Assembly (NCBI GenBank): GCA_965215015.1
Contig: OZ244042.1
Span: 4,576,001-4,640,000, forward strand
Reading direction: 5' to 3'
DNA: 64,000 nucleotides
Origin: Candidatus Poribacteria bacterium
GTDB taxonomy: Bacteria; Poribacteria; WGA-4E; PCPOR2b
The notes beneath the pieces are model-generated. The model saw only the letters and a list, made by a program, of their open reading frames with translations. It was not told where the DNA came from and ran no database searches. This document shows positions 1 through 9,062 of the stretch, in pieces. A program made the position numbers and the translations under genes. Every line of letters begins with the position of its first letter. The stretch's first letter is position 1.

Positions 1-1
1 T

Positions 2-991
2 TGCAAGTAAGTCCGCTGCCCTCTCCCGTTTTGCCGCATCGCTGTCGCGGGCGACGATTCGCTGGAGCACCGAGATTGAGCGTTTGTCCCCCTTTTCCGC
101 CATCTCAAGTCCCATCTGGTCCCGTTTTTCGTGATAGCTATTATCGTATTCCTTCACCTCCATATCCCACTTCTGCCAGTAATACTGCAAATCATTGGGA
201 GGCCAATCCGTGTAAATATCTTCCCAAGTGGCCGGCTGGGCATGTGGTAGCAAGCTGCCCGGGGCAATCGGGTCACTGATTTTCTGGTATCTAGCGTCAA
301 TTGACATTCGGAGCCGGTCGCTGGAGTTGGACATTCCCTTGTGCACTGCCATGCTGTGGAAGATTAGAACATCTCCCTGCTTGAACGGGTTGTTTACCCA
401 CGTGCCTTCGAGCGGATTGGTGACCGCAATGCCACCCGCGCCCATCGCAGGGCGAAAATCGTAGATGCCGTGCCGATGCGATCCGGACGCAATCTGGAGT
501 CCCCCCAATTCTGGTGGTATATCGCTTAAGGGTATCCATGCGGTGTAGGTCTCGACTGTACCTTGGATAGGGATAAAGTCTTGATGCGGGGGGGTGGTGA
601 ACACTTCCCGTTGCGGAAAGATTGTTCGTCCGATGATGCGAGCGTGCGGCATCGCTGGATCGCCCAGTATCCGCTCTATTACCCCAATCAGGTTTGGGTG
701 GTGTTGTAGTGCCTGAAATTCTTGGAGTTTGTACATGTGGGCATACACCCCCATGTACTCCGGTTCCGGTTCGACACAAAAACCGTCTAGGTCTGCGATG
801 GCATCTCCCAAGGATGTGTCTTTCTTAACCCAACCTGCATCACGTGCAATCTCAAGACACTGCATCCGCAAGTTCTCCAGCACGTCGATGGGTAGCAGCC
901 CACGCATGAATAGATATCCGTCTCGCTGCGCGCGTTCCCGCAGTTCAAGTTCATCATTCACAACATCTGTCGAATCGAGAAAAGGTTGCAT
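2..991 (-). CDS. Phytanoyl-CoA dioxygenase (PhyH) family protein; 3' end runs off the window
   Basis: Not in the ORF track because it has no stop in the window. Manual translation from ATG 991 (RBS AGGAGG) gives MQPFLDSTDVV...RDGYLFMRGLL...TPPHQDF...TAWIPLSD...GSHRHG...GDVLIFHSMAVHKG...RMSIDARY, with the HxD...H Fe/2OG triad. Confidence 0.85.
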   Translation of the reverse strand, partial: MQPFLDSTDVVNDELELRERAQRDGYLFMRGLLPIDVLENLRMQCLEIARDAGWVKKDTSLGDAIADLDGFCVEPEPEYMGVYAHMYKLQEFQALQHHPNLIGVIERILGDPAMPHARIIGRTIFPQREVFTTPPHQDFIPIQGTVETYTAWIPLSDIPPELGGLQIASGSHRHGIYDFRPAMGAGGIAVTNPLEGTWVNNPFKQGDVLIFHSMAVHKGMSNSSDRLRMSIDARYQKISDPIAPGSLLPHAQPATWEDIYTDWPPNDLQYYWQKWDMEVKEYDNSYHEKRDQMGLEMAEKGDKRSISVLQRIVARDSDAAKRERAADLLA

Positions 992-1135
992 CTGATTCCC
1001 TCCTTAAAGATGTTTCATAGAAAAGCTTATCATGGATTCTGAGAGGTGTCAACTTCCTTTTTAACGCGGAAAATGGGTAAATGGCAGGCTGTTTACGTTC
1101 TAACCATCTCCATTGGCTAAATCGGTGAAAGTTTG

Positions 1136-2038
1136 CTATTCTACGATTTTTTCGGGAAGCATTAACTGCTCAGGTCGCTCGATTAGGGCTTCATGCAAGT
1201 GTTTAGGGGTAAAGTTTGTTACCAATGCCTCAAGCACCGGTTTTCTATTGGCTTCCTTTGCACCAACGTGATAAAAATGTTCCTTAGTGAGGATGTTAAA
1301 TCTTGACCACAGCGTACGGAGGAAGGCGTTTTCTCGGTGCTGGTTACTATGCCAAGTCGATAAAATAAACTTGCAAGGGCACTGACTCAGAATCGTGAAC
1401 AGTTGGCGCTCATTATCTTCGTTCCAGCTATCGAAGTAATCAACGTGCCTTCCAACGTAAGGCGGATCGCAATATATAAAATCACTCTCAGAAATTCCAC
1501 TCAGTGTTTCTCTAAAGTCTTGGCATACGAATGACCAGTTAAAATCCCGTGAAATGGCGTGAACAAAGTCAACCTGATTCACAATCTTGGTAATATATGC
1601 CTTGGAAAATCGCTGTGGTTTGTGACCGAAGGGAACATTGAAGCCGCCCTTGCTGTTAAATCGAATCACGCCGTTGAAGCAGGATCGGTTCAGAAAAAGG
1701 AAATCTAAAGGGTCGTGATACTTATTGAACCGGGCTCGCACCTCATAGTAGTAACCTTTACCACATTGAGACAGGATTTCACCTTCACGTTCAAGAAAAT
1801 TTCTAACTTTCAAACCGTCGAGGCTTCCGATAGCAATCGCCCCATAGAAGTTAATTAAGTGCGGGTTACTATCTGCAAACAGTGCATTGCGCGGCATGAT
1901 ATTGAAACCGACGCCCCCTGATCCCATAAAAGGTTCGATCCATGTCCCATCGAAAGACCAGTCTACGGTTCGCTTAATCCAAGGTATAAGCTTGCTCTTT
2001 ATCCCTTGGCACTTAATTGGTGGAACCATAACTCTCAT
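1136..2038 (-). CDS. Dam/D12-class N6-adenine DNA methyltransferase, M.EcoRV-like
   Basis: Motifs [53 protein letters not shown] closely follow my recollection of M.EcoRV. Confidence 0.9.
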   Translation of the reverse strand: MRVMVPPIKCQGIKSKLIPWIKRTVDWSFDGTWIEPFMGSGGVGFNIMPRNALFADSNPHLINFYGAIAIGSLDGLKVRNFLEREGEILSQCGKGYYYEVRARFNKYHDPLDFLFLNRSCFNGVIRFNSKGGFNVPFGHKPQRFSKAYITKIVNQVDFVHAISRDFNWSFVCQDFRETLSGISESDFIYCDPPYVGRHVDYFDSWNEDNERQLFTILSQCPCKFILSTWHSNQHRENAFLRTLWSRFNILTKEHFYHVGAKEANRKPVLEALVTNFTPKHLHEALIERPEQLMLPEKIVE

Positions 2039-2160
2039 GAGAGACTCCTATTGTTAATCCGAGTTTTTCTCGTTTTGGGGACAATGAGTCGAGTATCTCC
2101 GCCTCGATATATGACAAAATCTTTCAAATTGGTAATCTTTTTTGTCCCACCCTCAATTTG
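2035..2160 (-). pseudogene. Probable 3' remnant of an EcoRV-family restriction endonuclease
   Basis: Reads [41 protein letters not shown]. The TGA overlaps the methylase ATG (ATGA). There is an in-frame stop just upstream and no start codon. Confidence 0.55.
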
Positions 2161-2259
2161 GGAGCAACTTTACCGATGAATCTCATGATAAAGGAACCCA
2201 CTCAACTTAGCAAAGGTCTGGAATCATGGGACGGTTTGATTGTTGAAATTAAGAATAAG

Positions 2260-3603
2260 TCAAGGTTTTACTCGTTCCAAGGCATCTATCAGGCTTTTTT
2301 CAATCAGATCGCACAGCTCATCTATATCCGATTTCTCCGCAATCAACGCCGGTGCTACCGCAAACCATGTCGGATCGACACGAATAACTAGACCGTTTTT
2401 GAGCGCAGTCTGCTTCAAAGCACTCCCCAGTTCGGGATAAGGCTGCATGGTATGGTTATTCTTCACTAACTCTACGCCCCGCAATACACCCCGTCCACGG
2501 ACTTCACGGACAACGCCGTACCGCTTCAATCCCTCAAGTCTTGCTGTAAGATAGTCTCCCAATTCACGCGCTTTGTAATCGAGTTGCTTTTCCGCAATTT
2601 CATCAATAACGGCGATGCCCACAGCGCACGCAAGCGGATTGCCTGCGAATGTATGACCATGTGCAAAATTCACGTCATCCGCTGCCGGACCGTAGAAGAT
2701 CTCCCCCATGTCCTCCCGCGCCATCATAGCACCCAAGGGGATTGCCCCGCTCGAAAGTCCCTTCCCGCCGCAGATAATATCCGGTGTTACACCGAAGGTC
2801 TGCGCCGCGAACATAGATCCCGTCCGAGCAAATCCGGTGATGATTTCATCGTAGATTAGAATGACATTATAGCAATCGCAAATCTCGCGGATTATCTGAA
2901 AATACTCCACAGTTGGCGTGATCATGCCCCCTGTGTTACCGATAGGTTCGATAATGAGGCCGGCGACGGTATCCGGGTCTTCGTTAATGATCACGTCCTC
3001 AAACATCTGTGCACAAAAGCGGTTGCACTCCTCCCAAGAAGAGAAGCGGTCACGGTAATAGGTCGGTGGAAACACCTTGAGAAAGCCCCCCATCTGCGGC
3101 TCAAACGCAGTTTTGCGCTTACCGGTGCCGCTGGCAGACATGGCACCGAAGGTCGCTCCGTGATACCCCAAATACCGGCTGATGAACTTGTACTTGCCCG
3201 GTTGGCCGCTCTGCTTAAAATACTGACGGGTGAACTTCATGGCGGACTCGATTGACTCCGAACCGCCGCTGTAGGGTTTGATATAGTTCAAATGACCGGG
3301 CGTGACCTCGCCCAGCTTCTCGATGAAATCCAGCGTGATATCTGCAATCCCGTGCATAGAAGGCACAAAACTCAACGTTTCCATCTGCTGCTGCATCGCC
3401 GCCATAAGTCGCGGGTGCTTGTGTCCAAGCGTAGCGACGAATATCCCGCCGATTCCGTCAAAATAACGCTTTCCCTCTACATCCCAATAGTAGAGTCCCT
3501 CCGCACGCTGTACGATGAGCGGATTTTTGAAAAATTCCGCTGTTTGCTGGTAGTCTAGAAAGGTGCGCTTGAGTAGTTTCCTTTGACGTTTGTTAAGATT
3601 CAC
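2260..3603 (-). CDS. Class III PLP-dependent aminotransferase
   Basis: GGSESIE, GYHGAT, IIEPI, DEIITGFARTG, PDIICGGKGLSSG, HGHTFAGNPL. Confidence 0.92.
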   Translation of the reverse strand: MNLNKRQRKLLKRTFLDYQQTAEFFKNPLIVQRAEGLYYWDVEGKRYFDGIGGIFVATLGHKHPRLMAAMQQQMETLSFVPSMHGIADITLDFIEKLGEVTPGHLNYIKPYSGGSESIESAMKFTRQYFKQSGQPGKYKFISRYLGYHGATFGAMSASGTGKRKTAFEPQMGGFLKVFPPTYYRDRFSSWEECNRFCAQMFEDVIINEDPDTVAGLIIEPIGNTGGMITPTVEYFQIIREICDCYNVILIYDEIITGFARTGSMFAAQTFGVTPDIICGGKGLSSGAIPLGAMMAREDMGEIFYGPAADDVNFAHGHTFAGNPLACAVGIAVIDEIAEKQLDYKARELGDYLTARLEGLKRYGVVREVRGRGVLRGVELVKNNHTMQPYPELGSALKQTALKNGLVIRVDPTWFAVAPALIAEKSDIDELCDLIEKSLIDALERVKP

Positions 3604-4118
3604 TCGGTTTCCCTTTCTTCATTTAAGAACTGTCGCTGACTTCTAAGGGCGAAAGACCTATCGTCAATTGCCCGCTGCACCGCCAATATGCCATCGAGAT
3701 GATCTACCTCGTGCTGTAACAGTTCCGAGAGGTCTCCCTCAAGCCCCATGCTTTGTTCCTCCCAATTCTCATCCCGATATATAATCCGACACCTCTGATG
3801 GCGATGCACCTTGACGAGGAGTTCAGGAAAACTCATGCAGTCATCCCACAGCTCCATCATCGTCGTGCTTTTGAGATCTAAGACCGGGTTGATAAAGACC
3901 ACCGGCTCCTCAATGTGCATGTAGACCATCCGTTTCATCACGCCAATCTGCGGTGCGGCGATGGCTCGTCCAGCGTTGTATTTTTCTTTGAAAGCCATCA
4001 GCGTGTCATGGAGATCTTGGATGATAGGTTTAATCTCTGCCAGCTGCGCTTCTTGTACTGGCGTACACATCTCAAAAAGTTTAGGGTTTCCCAGCAGTAA
4101 AATTTCCCTAACTGCCAT
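3600..4118 (-). CDS. def: Peptide deformylase family protein (divergent motifs)
   Basis: AIAAPQIG, DDCMSFP, QHEVDHLDG. Confidence 0.8.
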   Translation of the reverse strand: MAVREILLLGNPKLFEMCTPVQEAQLAEIKPIIQDLHDTLMAFKEKYNAGRAIAAPQIGVMKRMVYMHIEEPVVFINPVLDLKSTTMMELWDDCMSFPELLVKVHRHQRCRIIYRDENWEEQSMGLEGDLSELLQHEVDHLDGILAVQRAIDDRSFALRSQRQFLNEERETE

Positions 4119-4139
4119 TTTTCATGCCTCGCTTCAGGG

Positions 4140-5324
4140 TTAGGAGTGATCTAACTCCCAGATCGGGACGTACACAGGGAATATCGTTTGTAGAATTTCA
4201 CCCGTTATACCGCTAAATTCTACCGGCTTTGCGGTAGAATGTGCACCAAAAATCAGCTGCGTCAGTTGCCGACGGGTTAATACCACAAGCTCCGCTGATC
4301 GCTCAGTTGAGAGGTCAACCGCCCCATCCTGAAACTTGAGGGTCACGACTTCGTCCGTTTCGCGACAGACAAGGCAAACCTCCCCGCGCAATCCAGCCGA
4401 CCTACTTTGTAGGTGATGCTCAATTTGTTTTAACAGTCTCTCAAGGCTATTGACGCGCATCATCTGATAGCCCACGCCTTTGGCTTCTTCGATAGGGCGT
4501 CCGCACCCCGGTTTCTTTCTCTCCATAAGCTGTCCTAGGTTCGATGGCAGCAGGGGCAGGAGTACTTGGATTTCCGAATCGATGTTTCGTTCTAACAAGA
4601 CATGTTTGACCAGCGTTTCTACCCCCCCTATATCGCCCCCGCCTTCAATCAATCCGGGCTTGTTTACCCCTTCTCCGAACATCAGATAAGCGACGACCTC
4701 CTCTTCGTTCATCGCCAAGAAGGTCGTTGTCTGGGGCAAAGAAAAAAGGGCGCGGTATTCCTCACTAGAGCGGGCTATTCGGTGTGGCTCCGCATCGTGG
4801 AACCTCATCATCGCCTGAAATTGATTGGGATGCGTCGGGTCGTATTGAACCACGTCGAAAGGGCTGCTCTCAAAAAGTACGTGTTCCTCTGGGCAAAGAT
4901 GGTAGAGCCAACCCTGTGATCCAACCGCCTCCCAACCGGACTGCTGATAGAAGGGAAAAGTTGCTTCAAGCGTCCATAGCACAGACAAGGGGCAATCCTC
5001 GTCCTCCATGATCCGGACACAGTCCTGAAGGCAAAGGGTGGCATATCCGCGTCTACGATAATCCGGGTGCGTAACGGTCGGACTGATGATGCCGATCCGC
5101 AGTCTGTCGTCTCCTACGACTGCCTCGCGTAGCCAAACCGGCACATGGGCAACAACTACCCCGTCTACCTTGAGGATACGCATATACTTCATTTTTGAAT
5201 GATTAAACACCAACGGATAGTCTGTGCGAATATCTTGGTTTGTCCCCGCTCTGAACACCTGATTAATCAGGGCAATCACCTCTTCAAACTCGGCTGCCTG
5301 ACATGCGCGTGGTCCATCTATCAT
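4140..5324 (-). CDS. GNAT family N-acetyltransferase (Eis-like, multi-domain)
   Basis: VTHPDYRRRGYA acetyl-CoA motif, FYQQSGW, C-terminal SCP2-like region. Confidence 0.8.
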   Translation of the reverse strand: MIDGPRACQAAEFEEVIALINQVFRAGTNQDIRTDYPLVFNHSKMKYMRILKVDGVVVAHVPVWLREAVVGDDRLRIGIISPTVTHPDYRRRGYATLCLQDCVRIMEDEDCPLSVLWTLEATFPFYQQSGWEAVGSQGWLYHLCPEEHVLFESSPFDVVQYDPTHPNQFQAMMRFHDAEPHRIARSSEEYRALFSLPQTTTFLAMNEEEVVAYLMFGEGVNKPGLIEGGGDIGGVETLVKHVLLERNIDSEIQVLLPLLPSNLGQLMERKKPGCGRPIEEAKGVGYQMMRVNSLERLLKQIEHHLQSRSAGLRGEVCLVCRETDEVVTLKFQDGAVDLSTERSAELVVLTRRQLTQLIFGAHSTAKPVEFSGITGEILQTIFPVYVPIWELDHS

Positions 5325-5368
5325 CGATTTCTCCCCTCAAATCCATCAAATAAAGTTGCGGAAATACC

Positions 5369-7081
5369 TCATCGGGGTATGATCGGCAGAATCAGCCGGG
5401 ACGGGTACTCCGTATTGTGGAACACGGTTTGGTGTGCGACCTGTAGCTGCGTATCTGACCAGAAATCTGCGCCGGTGTTGTGGTTGCGATCAAAGTTGGG
5501 GAAATCGGAACTTGACACATCGAGGCGAATTCGATGCCCCCGCCGGAATAAGATCCCTGTTGGATTGAGGCGGATAGTGTATTCATAGGGCTGCCCCGGC
5601 TCAATGAGGCTTGGATTGTCGTAACCGTCTCGATACCGTGCCCGCATGATGCCGTATGTCAGATTTACTGCCAGACCGTTGGGGTGCACACCAATCAACT
5701 TGGCGGTGAAATCGGTGTCGGGTGCGCTTGAGGCAGCCCACAGCTTCAGCACTACCGGTCCTGTCACCTCAATCTCCTCCTGAAGCGGTGGTGTTTGGTA
5801 GACCAGAATATCCCCTCTCCCGTTCAGTGGGGATTGATCTCTCGGTGCCGCTTGAGCATCAATTCCCATCAGGCTCATCACCGGATCTCTGGGATCATAA
5901 TCATACATATCGGGGGGCTCCTCCCCCGGTTCAGAGATGGAAAGCACCCCATCGCCCCGCCCGGTATTGGCGGCACCACCACTGTGCAGGAAAAACTCGG
6001 TGTATTGTGTACACGCTAGGGGCCACTCGTGTTCAAAACGCCATCTGTTTTCACCCATGATAAATAGCTTCACCGGCGGCTCAGATTCGACCCCATTATC
6101 AATCTCTTTGAGATGGTAGTTGTACCATCGGACCACCTCTTGAGGATACGTGGTATCTGCATCAGTGCCGAAGTCCAGCGGTCCTTGGATTCGAGTTAAG
6201 TTATTGCTATTATGTCCCCACGGACCGACGATGAGCCGGTGTTGGTTTCGCAACAATTCGGGACCTGCTTTTACCATACCTGTGAAGTTGTCAATTGTCC
6301 CGATGAGCCGGTCGTACCAACCCGTCAACTGGCATGTGGGGACGTTCACCTTGTGGTGAATCTCTTGAAACGCCCAGAACTCCTTATTTTGTTCTCTGAG
6401 ATAGGTTTTGAGGAGTGGGGTCAGGGTGGAAAACAGATAGTCGGGGAGTCCGTCCAACGGCAGATACCAGATCCACTTACCACGTTCTACTTCGTACCAC
6501 TGGGCATCGGCTTCATCCTCGGATTTGGGACCAAACTCGTCCCCCACCCGGCGACGTGCGTTGACCGCCATCTTGTGAGTCCACTGGAGGCGACGCCCTG
6601 TTTCAAAGATGCCAAAGTTTAGATCAAGCAGCCGCGCCGACATACCACTTGCAAACAACGCCTTGAGAGAGGGCGGCTGCGTTCCAGCGAGACGCCAGAT
6701 ACACCACGACGGATAGGAGTGCCCCCATGTCCCGGCCTGTCCATCGCTACCGGGTATACCCGCTGCCCACTCAACGGTATCGTAACCATCTTGGACGTCG
6801 AAGGTCTCCGCGTTGTTCTGAAATTGCCAGAAATACTCCCCATCGGAAACACCCCGTCCTCGGATATCTTGGACGATAGCGATGTAACCGTTGGCAGCCA
6901 ATGCTCGCGCTGTCTGGATATAGGCCTCTTGCCCCTTGTCATACGGCGTGCGGCACAATAACACCGGACAGGCTGCCGCCCCAACTGGGCGATATATGTC
7001 CGACCGTAGCAGTACACCGTCGCGCATTTCGGTGGGAACGTCCCGTTCAACAGTTATGGAGAAATCCGCGCTTTTAGCCAT
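5369..7081 (-). CDS. CocE/NonD family serine hydrolase
   Basis: MRDGVLL, RTPYDK, QDIRGRG, GHSY nucleophile, GPWGH, SSSDFPNFDRN. Start at ATG 7081 (ORF track extends to 7108). Confidence 0.92.
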   Translation of the reverse strand: MAKSADFSITVERDVPTEMRDGVLLRSDIYRPVGAAACPVLLCRTPYDKGQEAYIQTARALAANGYIAIVQDIRGRGVSDGEYFWQFQNNAETFDVQDGYDTVEWAAGIPGSDGQAGTWGHSYPSWCIWRLAGTQPPSLKALFASGMSARLLDLNFGIFETGRRLQWTHKMAVNARRRVGDEFGPKSEDEADAQWYEVERGKWIWYLPLDGLPDYLFSTLTPLLKTYLREQNKEFWAFQEIHHKVNVPTCQLTGWYDRLIGTIDNFTGMVKAGPELLRNQHRLIVGPWGHNSNNLTRIQGPLDFGTDADTTYPQEVVRWYNYHLKEIDNGVESEPPVKLFIMGENRWRFEHEWPLACTQYTEFFLHSGGAANTGRGDGVLSISEPGEEPPDMYDYDPRDPVMSLMGIDAQAAPRDQSPLNGRGDILVYQTPPLQEEIEVTGPVVLKLWAASSAPDTDFTAKLIGVHPNGLAVNLTYGIMRARYRDGYDNPSLIEPGQPYEYTIRLNPTGILFRRGHRIRLDVSSSDFPNFDRNHNTGADFWSDTQLQVAHQTVFHNTEYPSRLILPIIPR

Positions 7082-7199
7082 AAGGTTATCCTGTCTTCGC
7101 TGTGCCAAACCCGGAGGCAGTCGTGTCGAGATGTGAATATCGGGCTACACGTTATTACAACTGATTATATCTCGTACCCTGAGAGGCACACCCGTTCCG

Positions 7200-8396
7200 C
7201 TACAGTTCTACGCCGAGTACTTTGGCAATGGTGTACACATCTTTATCCCCACGCCCGGAGAGGCAGAGGACAATGATTTGGTCTCGATTGAGTGTCGGTG
7301 CGAGTTTGCTGAGGTATGCCATCGCGTGGGCTGCTTCCAGCGCGGGGATGATTCCTTCTGCCTCTGATAATAGCTTGAACCCTTCGACCGATTCCTCATC
7401 AGTAACCGAAACATATTCGGCGCGACCTGTTGCCTTGTAGAAGCTATGTTCGGGACCAACACCGGGATAATCCAAACCCGCTGAAATGGAGTGTGCAGGC
7501 GTGATTTGCCCGTCGTCTTCCTGTAGCAGGTAGCACTTCGCACCGTGAAACACACCAATGCTGCCCGCGCTAATGGGGGCCGCGTGTTTGCCGCTGAGTA
7601 TACTTTCGCCTGCCGCTTCGACGCCGATTAGCTTCACAGTGCTATCCGAGTAGAACGGGTAAAACATGCCTACCGAATTGCTGCCACCGCCGACGCAGGC
7701 AACGACATAATCTGGTAATCGTCCTGCTTGCTTAAGGGTCTGCGATCTGGCTTCCTGACCGATGACAGCTTGAAAATCTCGAACAATCATCGGATACGGG
7801 TGGGGACCAACGACAGATCCGATCAGATAGTATGTCGTCCGAACATTCGTTACCCAATCGCGGAAAGCGGCGTTGATTGCATCCTTGAGCGTGCACGAGC
7901 CAGAGTCTACCGGCGTTACCTTTGTGCCCAACAATCGCATACGAAAAACGTTCAGGGCTTGTCTCACTATATCCTCTTCGCCCATATAGACTTCGCACTC
8001 CATATCGAACTTTGCTGCTACGGTTGCTGTTGCGACGCCATGTTGTCCGGCACCTGTCTCAGCGATAATCCGATTTTTGCCCATCCGTCGAGCGAGCAAG
8101 ATCTGCCCGATGGTGTTGTTGATTTTGTGTGCACCCGTGTGATTGAGGTCCTCTCGCTTGAGGTAGATTTTTGCTCCACCGAGTGCTTGGGTCAGACGCT
8201 CGGCGTAGTACAGCGGGTTGGGACGCCCGACATATTCACGGAGGTAGTATTGAAATTCCTCTTGGAAATCGGAGTCCTCTCTTAGGGACATATAGGCGTC
8301 CTCTAGCTCTAATAACGGGGACATTAATGTCTCCGGAGCATATCTGCCGCCGAATTCCCCGAAATGTCCTGTTGCGTCAGGTAAATTCTGATTCAA
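7200..8396 (-). CDS. trpB: Tryptophan synthase beta chain
   Basis: [57 protein letters not shown] start with GGAGGAG RBS. Confidence 0.97.
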   Translation of the reverse strand: MNQNLPDATGHFGEFGGRYAPETLMSPLLELEDAYMSLREDSDFQEEFQYYLREYVGRPNPLYYAERLTQALGGAKIYLKREDLNHTGAHKINNTIGQILLARRMGKNRIIAETGAGQHGVATATVAAKFDMECEVYMGEEDIVRQALNVFRMRLLGTKVTPVDSGSCTLKDAINAAFRDWVTNVRTTYYLIGSVVGPHPYPMIVRDFQAVIGQEARSQTLKQAGRLPDYVVACVGGGSNSVGMFYPFYSDSTVKLIGVEAAGESILSGKHAAPISAGSIGVFHGAKCYLLQEDDGQITPAHSISAGLDYPGVGPEHSFYKATGRAEYVSVTDEESVEGFKLLSEAEGIIPALEAAHAMAYLSKLAPTLNRDQIIVLCLSGRGDKDVYTIAKVLGVEL

Positions 8397-8443
8397 TGTG
8401 GTAACTCCTCCTATTTTTGATATGTTGTCGCAATTCGATTTCC

Positions 8444-8598
8444 GCTCATGTTAAGAAATCGTGCAACAGAAAACGAGTCTTTCCGAAAAAAAACTCGGGG
8501 GCAAATACCAATCGTGTTGGACGCTGGTGTTTGGTAAATTGAGCCAAGACGGTTGCACGATGTTCCGGGGATTTTTGCACACTCTTTTGACATGAACC
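8444..8598. mobile_element. MITE-like element, copy 1
   Basis: Imperfect terminal inverted repeats GCTCATGTTAAGAAATCGTGCAA / TTGCACACTCTTTTGACATGAACC; homologous copy at about 29174-29325. Confidence 0.65.
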
Positions 8599-8650
8599 TC
8601 AATTTTATTAGGGGATAAATAGTTACTGGTTTTTAATAGAACGCTTGGAC

Positions 8651-8777
8651 GCCCCCCTCAGTCCCGAATACCCACACGGTATCTCTTCCCCCTGCTTGCG
8701 GGGGGATTGAGGGGGGTAGGCTCAATGAGCCAGGAACTGACGGACAACCCACCGGGTATTTAGCAGGGGGAAGGGGA
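8651..8777. repeat. Composite intergenic repeat
   Basis: Contains a CCCCCTGCTTGCGGGGGG hairpin plus blocks CCCGAATACCCACACGGTATC and TGAGCCAGGAACTGAC-GACAACCCAC that recur at 14656-14740. Confidence 0.75.
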
Positions 8778-8949
8778 ATGCAAAGAAAAGAAGACGAGAA
8801 AGCGAGAGCACCGGCTTCCCCTTCGTCAGGAAAGGTTCCGGTTTCATTTCTTCGTCTCTCTCCCGATGAAACCGTGAATCCATGATGCCGTAAGCATTCC
8901 CTTGGGAGAGCAACCGAAGCGGGACTGGACCCCTTTAGGCCTCCCGCTT

Positions 8950-9052
8950 GCCCCTCCCCCTGCTTGCGGGGGGACTAGGGTTGTTGATATTTATCTGAAT
9001 AAACCTCACGGGCTTACCCCTCCCCCTGCTTGCGGGGGGACCGAGGGGGGTA
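8950..9052. repeat. Two REP-like CCCCCTGCTTGCGGGGGGAC palindromes
   Basis: Near-identical GC hairpins at about 8953 and 9018; family also at 8686, 14581, 31180 and 31227. Confidence 0.75.
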
Positions 9053-9062
9053 ATGCGTTTTA

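Noticed and set aside
1-995. Track ORFs 1-279, 228-464, 297-779, 729-995
   Set aside because: Shadow frames of the PhyH gene, which the track misses because it has no stop in the window.
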